Below are positions 19,899 through 29,721 of a stretch of DNA of 64,000 nucleotides, piece by piece. The DNA is from Candidatus Kerfeldbacteria bacterium (GTDB lineage Bacteria; Patescibacteriota; Patescibacteriia; SBBC01; CAIJZX01). The stretch's first letter is position 1. Every line of letters starts with the position of its first letter. The position numbers and the translations under genes are program-made. A model generated the notes under the pieces. That model made no database searches and had not been told where the DNA came from. It was given only the letters and a program-made list of their open reading frames with translations. The stretch covers positions 76,059 to 140,058 of the forward strand of contig CAIJZX010000012.1 of assembly GCA_903825245.1 (NCBI GenBank), in the 5' to 3' direction.

Positions 19899-20483
19899 TT
19901 ACGAAGTTAGGAGAGCGAGAAGAGCGTAGGCGCCAATTCCTAACAATACAGTCGGAAGGAGCACGGCAAAAGAACGGCGGCGATCTTTCCAAGAGCGGGG
20001 TAGAAAAATCACCATGATAATTCCGATCAGAATAGAAACCCAACCTGCTGGCTTATCCTGGATTTTAACCAGTTCATACCAACCTTCCGCGATAAAAACA
20101 CCACCCATCAGGGCTGAGCCGATAGCGGTGCGCCAGGAATTAGCCGCATGTCGCCACCAGTAACCGGACAAGCCGAATACAGGTCCACCAACCAAGGCAA
20201 CTGAACTCCACAATGCTATGGCAGAAAATCGATATGTGTACCCGAGAACGGCAGCAACAATTGTATAGCTTAGCAGTGCCAAAACGAGGCTGAGGAATCC
20301 CCCGACCATTGCCCATGTAGTCGATCGCATCAACGCTCCGACCACAAAGGCGGCAACTAGCCAGACCGCACCAGAGTTCGCGAAATGATTCCAGCTTCCC
20401 GGCAATGCTCCTTGCCCAAGAACCGTTAACGCCCCGCAGGCCAATCCGACGCCGATCATCAAGAATATGCTTTTTCGATTCAT
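19899..20483 (-). CDS. polytopic membrane protein
   Basis: Hydrophobic helices are present. The likely start (MNRKSIF) is at 20483. Confidence 0.4.
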   Translation of the reverse strand: MNRKSIFLMIGVGLACGALTVLGQGALPGSWNHFANSGAVWLVAAFVVGALMRSTTWAMVGGFLSLVLALLSYTIVAAVLGYTYRFSAIALWSSVALVGGPVFGLSGYWWRHAANSWRTAIGSALMGGVFIAEGWYELVKIQDKPAGWVSILIGIIMVIFLPRSWKDRRRSFAVLLPTVLLGIGAYALLALLTS

Positions 20484-20540
20484 GGCTTCAAGTATAGGTT
20501 GTATTCCTTCTGAATGGAAGGAGCACATTTAATAAAATGA

Positions 20541-20569
20541 TTGACATAATGCCTTATTTTCGCTACTAT
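20541..20569 (+). promoter_or_regulatory. sigma70-like promoter for tRNA-Lys
   Basis: TTGACA is separated by 17 nt from TACTAT and ends 17 nt before the tRNA 5' end. Confidence 0.45.
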
Positions 20570-20586
20570 TTGCACGCTATCTTTTT

Positions 20587-20661
20587 GGGTTCCTAGCTCA
20601 ATGGTAGAGCAACGGCCTTTTAAGCCGTGGGTTCTGGGTTCGAGTCCCAGGGGACCCACCA
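20587..20661 (+). tRNA. tRNA-Lys (anticodon UUU), CCA encoded
   Basis: The 7-bp acceptor stem is gggttcc/gggaccc, the D-arm gctc-aatggta-gagc, the anticodon stem acggc/gccgt with loop cTTTTaa, and the T-arm ctggg-ttcgagt-cccag. Confidence 0.85.
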
Positions 20662-22418
20662 GCCAACAATTTGCGCCCCGAACTCATCCCGGCGATATGC
20701 CCAAGGATGTCTTGGGGCAACTTCAATTTAATACGTATTTCATAGGGTAAAAGTTGTTTTTCCTTACGTCGTCCGGCAATGCTGTCTTCCGCAGTGGAAG
20801 GACGGGAATATATAATGATCTCCTCGATCAGGGCATGAAGAAGCTGGTCGAGCTCCCGGCGGTCGCCAAAAATATCATTAAGTGCCTCCGAGTACTTTTT
20901 ATTGAACACATTAAGGCTAGAAATGTAGCTATCTGGCATTGCGTTTTTTGAAATGAGTAGGTCTAGCTTTTCCAATTCAGCTGTTAGTAGCACAATCTGC
21001 TTCTCCAACTTCTCCATTTCCTCTTTAAGCTTCGGCTGTTTGATATAACCAAGCTTATGCTGTTCCAAGATATTGTTTTTCCTCGCTGGCATTGCATCAA
21101 GCAACTGTCGCAACTGCTCTCTTTTCTTGGCGAAGTGTTTCTTTTCCGATTGTGTAGATTTTAGTTTTTGTTGGTACTTGAATACAGCCTCTGGGTTTTG
21201 TAAAAACTCTTTTGTCTTAGTAACTACATATCGTTCTATTTCTTCGGCTGGCAATGGAATTGTAAAACAATTTATTTCGTATTTGCTCGTATTTTTTCGA
21301 GCACACTTGTAGTAATAGGCAAAATTATCAGGCGCTGTTGTAAGCTTCTTTCGTTCCCCAATCCACCGATACATTGTAGGATCAGCGTCCGGCTTGAAAC
21401 ATGCATCACATTTAAGTAATCCTCTTAATAAATATATGTGTCCTTCTCGGGGCTCATCAATGATGTTTTTTGTCTGGGCAAGTATGTTTTGGGCTTTTTC
21501 AAAAGTCCCTACATCAATGATCTGTGGCAATGCATAGGGTGAAATACTCCACTTAGAAGGTTCTACCCGCTTACCGTCTCTTGTTTTACCAAAGTAGTAT
21601 TTACCAATGTATATGGGGTCTTTTAATATCTCTCTTACAATTTCCATTCGCCAAAAGTTCGGCGAACTCTTCTTTCTTATTGCCCCTTTATATTCTTTAT
21701 ACAAGACTGATGATGTTTCAGGTGAAGGCCGCTCCTCCTCCGTGAGTATCTTCGCGATCCGCTGTGCGGAAAGTTTTTGTGAAACGCACATGTCGAAAAT
21801 TGATCTGATAACTTCGGCTTCGGCTTCGAAGATGACCAACCTCTTTTCACTGTCTTTAATGAAGCCGTATTTCATGCCCGATCCCATGACAACTCCGTTC
21901 TTAATCGCTTGTTCCCGTCCGGCTTGTGTTCTTTGCTTGATCGTCTCAACTTCTAATTCAGCGATGACACCAATGATGTTCAAAATCGCCTTTCCAAAAG
22001 GTGTAGACGTGTCTATGCTCTCTGTTGCCGACAAGAATTGAACGTCGTATTCACCGAAAAAGTCGATAACTTCTAAGAGGATTTTTAATCGACGTGCGAA
22101 ACGATCAATTTTGTATACCGCAACTGCGTCGAAAGGCCTGTCTTCGGGTGTAGAGTTTGTGAGATCCTCTTGAAGTTTCGCAAAAGCAGGTCTCTCTGGA
22201 AGATCAACGGTACCGCTAATCCCTTCATCAAAATAAATATACTGATCCCCAGCGAGAACCATTGCATCAAGCCCATTATCGAGTTTTCCTCGGGCTTTTA
22301 TCAAGCCTAGTAACGCTTCTTGTTGGAGCTTTTTTCCGTACCTCTCAACCTGCTCATCAGTCGAAACCCGCAGGTAGAGAGCGACGCGGAGAGACGATTG
22401 TTGTTGGTTTCCGATCAT
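20598..22418 (-). CDS. large serine recombinase (integrase)
   Basis: The N-terminal resolvase catalytic domain (LRVALYLRVSTDEQ) is followed by a recombinase domain, a CxxC zinc ribbon and a coiled coil. The last roughly 64 nt of the ORF overlap the tRNA on the opposite strand. Confidence 0.85.
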   Translation of the reverse strand: MIGNQQQSSLRVALYLRVSTDEQVERYGKKLQQEALLGLIKARGKLDNGLDAMVLAGDQYIYFDEGISGTVDLPERPAFAKLQEDLTNSTPEDRPFDAVAVYKIDRFARRLKILLEVIDFFGEYDVQFLSATESIDTSTPFGKAILNIIGVIAELEVETIKQRTQAGREQAIKNGVVMGSGMKYGFIKDSEKRLVIFEAEAEVIRSIFDMCVSQKLSAQRIAKILTEEERPSPETSSVLYKEYKGAIRKKSSPNFWRMEIVREILKDPIYIGKYYFGKTRDGKRVEPSKWSISPYALPQIIDVGTFEKAQNILAQTKNIIDEPREGHIYLLRGLLKCDACFKPDADPTMYRWIGERKKLTTAPDNFAYYYKCARKNTSKYEINCFTIPLPAEEIERYVVTKTKEFLQNPEAVFKYQQKLKSTQSEKKHFAKKREQLRQLLDAMPARKNNILEQHKLGYIKQPKLKEEMEKLEKQIVLLTAELEKLDLLISKNAMPDSYISSLNVFNKKYSEALNDIFGDRRELDQLLHALIEEIIIYSRPSTAEDSIAGRRKEKQLLPYEIRIKLKLPQDILGHIAGMSSGRKLLAGGSPGTRTQNPRLKRPLLYH

Positions 22419-22743
22419 AGGACAAGAGAGGTAACTAGCCCAGAACTATGCAAACATGATTATCATACTCGTTTTATTGCTATAAAGCCATAATTGCTAA
22501 CCCGAGGTAATTAAACTATAATTCAATCTGTTTCCGAGGCCTAGATGCTCATTTCTACAATTTACTTAGCCTAAACTTCGGCCTATGGCCGGGGCACGGC
22601 GATCAAACCAAGAGAGGCGAACAGCTCCTAGTCAGAGCACCTCTCTTGGTCGTGCGTGGAAACGCGCACGGGTGGCCGTAAGGTCATCGCTGGCTAGGGG
22701 CTTTGTGTTTGTACAAACCCGCCGCCAGATATTTACAAAATAT

Positions 22744-22971
22744 ATGGCACAGGCAAAAACTGTTGGAATTATGAGCTTGGTTATTCTCGGCACATTGTTG
22801 CTTGGGACTACTTTTTGGTGGTTTCAGCTACGCCCATTTTCTGACCATAGGGCATGCGCGAAATATACTACTACCCAAGCAGAAAAGATGGATTTTGACC
22901 TCCATACGCCCATTTACTTTCCCGGTTATGGTGTGGTTTATGACATGTGCTTACATGGTAAGGGCTATTAA
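22744..22971 (+). CDS. small membrane-anchored protein (island cargo)
   Basis: The internal Met MAQAKTVGIMSLVILGTLLL gives a TM anchor. The 12-bp palindrome GTTTGTACAAAC lies just upstream. Confidence 0.35.
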   Translation: MAQAKTVGIMSLVILGTLLLGTTFWWFQLRPFSDHRACAKYTTTQAEKMDFDLHTPIYFPGYGVVYDMCLHGKGY

Positions 22972-22974
22972 CGT

Positions 22975-23835
22975 ATGCAAATACTTCTCTGGTTGGCTTA
23001 CGCCGTTGTCGGTATATTCGTGATAGTGTTTCTCGCTGGTGGAGTTACTGCCGCTGTAAAGAATTCAGGAAAAAGAAGGCGTCTCCATTCTATAGGGGCA
23101 GTAGCACAAATTCCTGCTGATTTAAGGATAATCATGCGTGAGATTTATACTGCACATAAAAAACAAGACGTTGCACTCGTAAACTCGGTTACCGTTTCCA
23201 CTGGCATCGTGCAACTAAATAAAATTCTAGAATTGATGAAGCCAGAAAACCGACTCAAATACCTATCAGCAGGTATGCAGGGCGATGTGACTGCTTTTAC
23301 GGCAATGGAGAACGAGCTAGTATCAAGAAACTACAAGGTCAATGCGGCAAAGATTGTTACTGGTATTATCCTGAATGATCTCGATGATCCGCTTTTGAAA
23401 ATGAAAGGGCAGGAGACAGCCCCACCTTCCCCAAGTGCTAAGAGTAAAATCCTTCTCTTTGAAGATGACAAGATATTACGAACTTTGTATGAAGCAAAAT
23501 ATCATCAACAAGGGTTTGACGTTGCTGGGTATGACAATCCAACCAGCGACCCGGTGAGCGTTGTTTTGAGAGAAAAGCCTGATGTGATTTCAATGGATAT
23601 TGTCATGCCAATTATGGACGGGTTTACTGCAACCGAGTTGCTGAAAACCGATGCGCGAACAAAAGGTATTCCCATTGTTATTTTTACTAACCATGCACAG
23701 CATAAGGACATTGATCGTGGCAAGGCATTGGGTGCGGCGGATTACCTGATCAAAGCACATTTTACGCCTGATGAGGTGGTGGATCGTTTTCGGCGGGTTC
23801 TCAATTTAAATGACGTAGCAAATCGTAAACTTTGA
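22975..23835 (+). CDS. membrane-anchored protein with a C-terminal response-regulator receiver (REC) domain
   Basis: An N-terminal TM helix is present. The C-terminus (KILLFEDD......ISMDIVMP..DG......K) matches the CheY-like receiver pattern. No output domain was recognised. Confidence 0.55.
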   Translation: MQILLWLAYAVVGIFVIVFLAGGVTAAVKNSGKRRRLHSIGAVAQIPADLRIIMREIYTAHKKQDVALVNSVTVSTGIVQLNKILELMKPENRLKYLSAGMQGDVTAFTAMENELVSRNYKVNAAKIVTGIILNDLDDPLLKMKGQETAPPSPSAKSKILLFEDDKILRTLYEAKYHQQGFDVAGYDNPTSDPVSVVLREKPDVISMDIVMPIMDGFTATELLKTDARTKGIPIVIFTNHAQHKDIDRGKALGAADYLIKAHFTPDEVVDRFRRVLNLNDVANRKL

Positions 23836-23856
23836 AGCCGCTAATCGATTATACCT

Positions 23857-24855
23857 ATGAGCCACTTCACTCCTCAAACTAGAGCACTCTCGATCCTCAC
23901 TTTAATCACGGGGTTATTACTACTTGGCGCATCTTGCTCAAATAAAAGAGCGATAGATACGAACACAACTAACTCAAAGGTTACAGAAACCAACAATGCA
24001 GTATTGGCCAATATAAACACCACATATTCTAACCAGAATACTTCGGTTGTTGTAAATAACTCGGTAAATCCATCATCCAACTCGAATCAATCTATTACAA
24101 ACGGAAAAGTTGTTGTACAACCAAAAAACACGAATACGGAGAAAAAAGTATTAAATACCAACACGGCTCCAAAAGTGTTGAGCACCAACACTAACGTGGA
24201 TGTCCCACCAGCTACAACACCTGCGCCCACAGCGCGGCTAACAGCATCAACAGATTGCCCAGTTTTGCAACCGGCGGTGCTGACTTGGAATACAACCGGC
24301 GCTCAAACCGTCACATTAGAATCCTCAACGGGTGGGGATCGCCAGACGATAGACATACAAAATGCGGCTACGGGAAACGTAACTATAAATTCTCAAAAAA
24401 CCACGAGCTATTATCTAACTGCAACAAATCAAAGTGGACAGAAAGCAACGGCGCAGGTTCGGCTAGATCGCCCAAACGTAGACCCTAACTATCCGATTAT
24501 CACCGGCTACGCCGATACTTTGGGCGTGGTTTCTCATTCATCAAGCTATAACGGGTATGGCTGTGGTGGTAAGGGTCAGCCGATTGCACACATCGGCGAC
24601 ACCATAACGTTAACTGTTGACGCGTATGATCCGAATGGCGATCCGTTGGTATACAGATTCAGCTCAGTGTTTCCATCAGCCATGGGTGTAACCAGTGGTT
24701 GGACAAGCAGTAGCACCTATACGTGGACATTCACTTCTGCTGATGTGGGGTCGATGAGATGCGTCTATATTTCCGTAAAAGATAATGACGGGTATGACCG
24801 AATTGCTGATTATGACGATACAAGCCCTGCTTGCTATGATATTGCACACCCATAG
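23857..24855 (+). CDS. secreted Asn/Thr/Ser-rich protein with a C-terminal beta-rich domain
   Basis: A signal peptide is followed by an N/T/S low-complexity region. The C-terminal 150 aa are of normal complexity. Confidence 0.45.
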   Translation: MSHFTPQTRALSILTLITGLLLLGASCSNKRAIDTNTTNSKVTETNNAVLANINTTYSNQNTSVVVNNSVNPSSNSNQSITNGKVVVQPKNTNTEKKVLNTNTAPKVLSTNTNVDVPPATTPAPTARLTASTDCPVLQPAVLTWNTTGAQTVTLESSTGGDRQTIDIQNAATGNVTINSQKTTSYYLTATNQSGQKATAQVRLDRPNVDPNYPIITGYADTLGVVSHSSSYNGYGCGGKGQPIAHIGDTITLTVDAYDPNGDPLVYRFSSVFPSAMGVTSGWTSSSTYTWTFTSADVGSMRCVYISVKDNDGYDRIADYDDTSPACYDIAHP

Positions 24856-24903
24856 TTACGTTAACAGCGCAGTAAGTAATCAACAATGATTAGCTAAAAC
24901 ATT

Positions 24904-25161
24904 ATGCCGAGATTAAATTCAAGTGACAACGAGGACGAGATGAGTTCAAGGTTACGGCAAGGGGTTCTTGCTACTGTATTGACTTTGTCGCTTATCGGAT
25001 TAGGCGCGGCTGTTTTCGACGTTCACCATGTCTGGTGGGAAAATGATACGGTACAGGGAATACAGATGCTCTCATTGATTGGTGTGTTCTACTGCCTATT
25101 GGCAACATTGCTCAAAATTCTTAATAAAAAGAAACTATCCGAGGATAACTCCGAGGATTAG
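24904..25161 (+). CDS. small membrane protein
   Basis: The 85 aa protein has two hydrophobic helices. Confidence 0.3.
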   Translation: MPRLNSSDNEDEMSSRLRQGVLATVLTLSLIGLGAAVFDVHHVWWENDTVQGIQMLSLIGVFYCLLATLLKILNKKKLSEDNSED

Positions 25162-25435
25162 CCCTTCCTGGTAATTTACTACTTAATTAACGAATCTTTC
25201 TTTGGCCGTATTTGTCAATACGTCGATAGATTTTTTAGTAACTTCCGGCGCACTTGTGCTGGCGTTTTTTTCTTTGTTGAAATGAGGGTGATCAATCGCT
25301 TTTTCATATAATTGAGTATACCATCCGCCCTTATCTTTCCAAGGGTACTCTTTGAATCAAGATAGCAAAAATTAGGAGGATGTGGTTTTATGGACTATAA
25401 TTGAGTAGTTAAACCGTGCAATCTCGTTATTGGCA

Positions 25436-28400
25436 ATGATCCTAAGTGCAGCATTAGACCGAATAAACGACCCCGAAGTGTCCTTATTTGTTTTGTTATT
25501 GCTTATTATGGTAGGAATCATCTACCTTTCCCGATGGATAGTTCAAAAGATCAAGGAGAGTGGAAATACAATTTCGGCAAAGACGAACAAAGAATACAAG
25601 AATCTATGTAAAAAAAGAGAGTTTTTTTGGCACAGGCTATTTAGGGATTTTTACGCCCCCTCAGTACGCTCTTCAATTGCAATGGGTGTAATCGCATTTG
25701 GAATATATGCGTTGTCACACTTTATCCAAACAAAGAGCCAAACCCTTTCTTTTGTTAATGGCAGTCACTACCAAAACTTGATCGCAATTTACTCTGGTAT
25801 CGCCGGCATTATCTTTGCACTTATAATCTTTGTCGCTGAAAGCTTGCGCGATGAGCAATCACGCGATCAAGCACGCGTAATACTTCGAACGACTTACCTA
25901 TACCCACTGGTGGTTCTTGCTGTTCTAAACTATAGCGTTTACGCATGGGGAGACGTCAATTCTCTTGGCGTAGTCCCCGTTTTATTTCTTGGAGCATTTT
26001 CTATTTTTTCACTTTTCCGTCTATTTAGAATACTCTTAGATAGGAGTGAAAACTTTAACCAAAAAATTAAGTTGCTAACCGATCGTTTGAGGCTAAGTAT
26101 TGATGGCGCTATTCGTCAGCGACTGGGTAATGTGATTTTATTTAAATGGCTTACTGATTATAAAATACCGATTTCCTTCTACCCGTTTACTACGGAGGGC
26201 TCAGCATACTACAATTTTACTTCAAAAAAATCGGGAATTGTTGCAGACATCGATCTGGGAAAACTCGAAGACTTTGCCAAAATGGTTGAAGAGGCGGCAA
26301 ACAAGAATGATTTTAGTTTTTTTGGCAGAGAAGGAAAGGCGCTATCGATCAATACATCGACGGATACGACGGAACCAAGTGAGGGCAGCACTAGAACGTA
26401 TTCAAAGAATGATCACGTATATTTTGGCAAGCTATACAGAGACGAGGTCAAGCTTGACGACGTGCTTCTTTCTGTTAAAAAAGACATCATCGGCGATCAA
26501 AAGAAGGTGCTAGATAAGCTCAATGCCACTTTTAAAAAAATCTACGTAGTAAAAAAAGAAGAGCACGGTATTTCCGAACAAAACCGACTAGAGCTTTCCG
26601 CACAGAAAGACCAATTTATAGCCGCTGTAAAAGCGGGAAGTATGGGAAAGATAAGAGAGGGCTCGGCAATATATTTAAGCCTTGCAGAGACTTTTCTAAA
26701 AGCCCTCAATGAATGTGGCGGGGGTTATAGTTTTGATCAAGCTCGCCGCGAAATGGGTTCGATAATTAGCCGTTGGAATGAAGCGGATTGGCTTCAAGAG
26801 GATATTAGCGAAATACATAGAGCAGCACTAGACACGCATGATCAAAACGTGATTGATGAAATTGCCTTTTTGCCTATGAAGATCGTGAGTCTAGCCATAG
26901 AATCACGAGACCATTTTATTTTTCAGACCTTCATTCAGTTTCAATTGAGGTTGTATCTCGGATCACTGCGCGAGAATGATACCGATTTAAAGAGGCATTT
27001 GCTTGATCGTTCATGGCGATATTTAAAAGAATCTGCTGATTTTTGGGTCGAGCACGAAATAACAAAGGAAGATAATGAGAAAGATATTCCTAGGTTGAAG
27101 GATTTTGCTATATACTACTTTTCTGTATTTCAGACCATACTGCGGGAAGCCGTAATAAAAAAGGACAAAGATGGGTTTGAGCTCTTCGCAGTTGCCCTTT
27201 CAGGCTTGTTTGATTCTTTCAAATATACCCTTGAAGATGAGCGCACTCGGCAACCAGTGGCTGATGCTATTAAGGAAATTTGGTTAAATAAAGACCAGAT
27301 GATATTTGGCCTAACGAGCTGGATTTTTTCAGAATATAAAAAGAATCCAAACAATGAGACAACAAAAAGTTCATACGGAAAAATTCAGTCCCTAATAAAA
27401 AACAATATAGTTGATTTAACGTCTACCTTTCTATCAGTTCATGACTTTAAAGTAGGTGATTTCTGGGGATGGGATCGTTGGGATATGATTGCCGATGGTC
27501 AGGTGCATACTATCGATGTTAGCGGGAAAATAGAAAGATATTTTATTGTTCGCGGGTTGAAGATACTAGCCACAATGACTGACGATAACATTCGAGCCAT
27601 AGAACTACCGACGAACCGAAATATGGCATTTCAGGCTGATAGCGGTGGCGGCTTGCTTATGGTATTGGAGCAAATTCAAAACAATCAAAGTGATTGGGAT
27701 GCGCACCTTACCCCGGTTGAAATTGGGAAAATTGATCTTTTTAAGGCACTTCTCCAAAAGGCGAAGGCGAAACAAGAATCAGACGAGCAAGAACAGGTAA
27801 AGGCTAGTCCAATCAGCGAAAAGAAGAGGAAAGAATTCATTCAGGAGTTTCTTGAAGGCTATCGTCAGTCGAGTTATTTCCGTCATATCGTGAAGCACTA
27901 TGGCAATTTGGTCGAAAAACCAAATGATCAAATTTCAGAAAACAGACTGGGCGTGAATATGGTGGAAGATAAGCAAGTCTTCTTTGAGCACTGGCACGTG
28001 CACTACTCCAAATGGGGTAACCAGTTTGGGCACGACATGGCCAGAGCCGAAAATGACAGCATACTTTCTAAGGTCGTTAGTTTTAGTGCAACTCTAAACG
28101 AGACGGACTTAGATCAAGTTATTGAAAGATTTACAGAAAAGAACGACATCATCATTATCGCTTTAAACCAAGCGATATTTGGATTCTTCCATCAATCAAA
28201 CAAATTTGAATATAAACGTTTTGATGATCCTGAAAAAATACCATCATACAGTCAGGAGGGGTGGTGGAAGATTGATCAAAACCTCCGTATCCCAGTTTTT
28301 GAAATCCATGACCGTAATCAGAACAACGCCATCCTAGTTTTAAACAAGAAAAAAATGGGTCGATTAGAACAATACTCGCCATTGCGTGATGCAGAACTGC

Positions 28401-28636
28401 CTAGTGACCAAGTTGAACATTTCTATTTTTCCATTAAAGCTTTCTCAGAGAATCCTGATTTGATGACAAAGATCATATCCAATCCGCCTGCTTGGTTAAC
28501 GGAGAAGGGAAATGAAGAACAACAAAAAGATCACCTCAAAGGAAAGGTGTGGATGAAAATATATGAGTCCTATGCCTATAACAAGGGTGATGATTTTGAG
28601 GGGTATATTTTCCCAGTTGCTAACCCGCTAGTCTAG
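25436..28636 (+). CDS. large (about 1066 aa) polytopic membrane protein with a big soluble domain, unknown function
   Basis: Five to six N-terminal TM helices (first about 210 aa) are followed by about 850 aa of soluble sequence. No Walker or other recognisable motif was seen. The ATG at 25436 is preferred over the TTG at 25430. Confidence 0.55.
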   Translation: MILSAALDRINDPEVSLFVLLLLIMVGIIYLSRWIVQKIKESGNTISAKTNKEYKNLCKKREFFWHRLFRDFYAPSVRSSIAMGVIAFGIYALSHFIQTKSQTLSFVNGSHYQNLIAIYSGIAGIIFALIIFVAESLRDEQSRDQARVILRTTYLYPLVVLAVLNYSVYAWGDVNSLGVVPVLFLGAFSIFSLFRLFRILLDRSENFNQKIKLLTDRLRLSIDGAIRQRLGNVILFKWLTDYKIPISFYPFTTEGSAYYNFTSKKSGIVADIDLGKLEDFAKMVEEAANKNDFSFFGREGKALSINTSTDTTEPSEGSTRTYSKNDHVYFGKLYRDEVKLDDVLLSVKKDIIGDQKKVLDKLNATFKKIYVVKKEEHGISEQNRLELSAQKDQFIAAVKAGSMGKIREGSAIYLSLAETFLKALNECGGGYSFDQARREMGSIISRWNEADWLQEDISEIHRAALDTHDQNVIDEIAFLPMKIVSLAIESRDHFIFQTFIQFQLRLYLGSLRENDTDLKRHLLDRSWRYLKESADFWVEHEITKEDNEKDIPRLKDFAIYYFSVFQTILREAVIKKDKDGFELFAVALSGLFDSFKYTLEDERTRQPVADAIKEIWLNKDQMIFGLTSWIFSEYKKNPNNETTKSSYGKIQSLIKNNIVDLTSTFLSVHDFKVGDFWGWDRWDMIADGQVHTIDVSGKIERYFIVRGLKILATMTDDNIRAIELPTNRNMAFQADSGGGLLMVLEQIQNNQSDWDAHLTPVEIGKIDLFKALLQKAKAKQESDEQEQVKASPISEKKRKEFIQEFLEGYRQSSYFRHIVKHYGNLVEKPNDQISENRLGVNMVEDKQVFFEHWHVHYSKWGNQFGHDMARAENDSILSKVVSFSATLNETDLDQVIERFTEKNDIIIIALNQAIFGFFHQSNKFEYKRFDDPEKIPSYSQEGWWKIDQNLRIPVFEIHDRNQNNAILVLNKKKMGRLEQYSPLRDAELPSDQVEHFYFSIKAFSENPDLMTKIISNPPAWLTEKGNEEQQKDHLKGKVWMKIYESYAYNKGDDFEGYIFPVANPLV

Positions 28637-28707
28637 TTAGCTTTATCCGGCCAACATCAAAGTAAAATCGGACTTTTCATTTTGTTTTTTGGTGCTATGG
28701 TTAATTT

Positions 28708-29127
28708 ATGGCTACCAGTAAACAAATCAAAACGGCAAGAATTATGTCCGAAAATGTCCGAAAATCGGTGTCCGCCGCCATGCGCGACGCTGGTTATTCA
28801 AATCGCTCGGCCGAGAAACCACAGCGGCTCACTCGGAGCAAGGGTTGGCAGGACTTGATGGATGAACACTTGCCTGATAAAACACTGCTAGGCGTCCATA
28901 AAGGCCTGTTACGAGACCCTGATTGGCGGGCGCGGGATTCTGGTCTAGATATGGCTTATAAACTCAAAGGCTCCTACAAAGCCACCAAGGTAAGTGTAGA
29001 GGATTCACTTGAACACTTGTCAGACGATGAGCTTGATGTGTTACTAGCCGAGCAGAAGCCAGCTATTGAACGGTATCAGCAATACAAAAGAACAAGACGT
29101 CATCCCGCTGCGCAACCGATTAAGTAA
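28708..29127 (+). CDS. terminase-small-subunit-like (Terminase_2-like) DNA-binding protein, tentative
   Basis: The N-terminus (MATSKQIKTA....AAMRDAGYSNRSAEK...LTRSK) resembles the TerS N-terminal HTH pattern KQ......A...AGYS..TA. The resemblance is at motif level only. Confidence 0.4.
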   Translation: MATSKQIKTARIMSENVRKSVSAAMRDAGYSNRSAEKPQRLTRSKGWQDLMDEHLPDKTLLGVHKGLLRDPDWRARDSGLDMAYKLKGSYKATKVSVEDSLEHLSDDELDVLLAEQKPAIERYQQYKRTRRHPAAQPIK

Positions 29128-29135
29128 ACGATTGA

Positions 29136-29318
29136 ATGACCATGTTGACCGACAAACAGATCGAGGAGTTTCAGGCGCTTTATAAAAAGAATTTTGGGAC
29201 TGATATTAGCCGAGAGGAGGTGCTAGAGTCGGCTATTCGGCTCATTAACCTGATCAAAGTGGTATACAAACCGATGACAAAAGAAGAGTACAAGAGGTAC
29301 TCCGACGATCTGAGATAA
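29136..29318 (+). CDS. small hypothetical protein
   Basis: It is 60 aa long. Confidence 0.3.
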   Translation: MTMLTDKQIEEFQALYKKNFGTDISREEVLESAIRLINLIKVVYKPMTKEEYKRYSDDLR

Positions 29319-29328
29319 ACTAGATGCC

Positions 29329-29589
29329 CTACTTTTTTCTTTTTCTTACGGCACTAAATAACTTGTGAAGTAGCTGATCGTCGTCACTTGCAGTTGAAGA
29401 TATAGCCACATTGATCTTAGTGCCTGCGTGTAGGCCGGTTCTTACGACTGGGGCGTTGTCCGTAGATAAATGTTGTTTTACCCGACCAGTATGATCCCAA
29501 GCGGTTGCAATAAGGGAATCACCAATGCCAAGTTTATCGGTTTTAGCTCTTGGTTTGATTAGCCTTTTGATTGATTGAGGTAACTTCAT
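29329..29589 (-). CDS. hypothetical basic protein
   Basis: It is 86 aa long. Confidence 0.3.
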   Translation of the reverse strand: MKLPQSIKRLIKPRAKTDKLGIGDSLIATAWDHTGRVKQHLSTDNAPVVRTGLHAGTKINVAISSTASDDDQLLHKLFSAVRKRKK

Positions 29590-29721
29590 GTATATACCTA
29601 TTAGCTTGTCGTAGGGGGCTTTTACGGGCTCCTAGACGCTTAATGTGGCGGTCTAAGCCCACGCAGAGTATAACAAAGTTTAGCCCTTTTGGTATAATTG
29701 AGTTCGGGGTAGAATGTGTTG

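Noticed and set aside
25162-25435. Possible terminator or promoter (GGCGCACTTGTGCTGGCG followed by T7; TATAAT at about 25396) between the small TM gene and the 1068-aa gene
   Set aside because: The stem is imperfect and the promoter -35 element is unconvincing. It is noted but not called.
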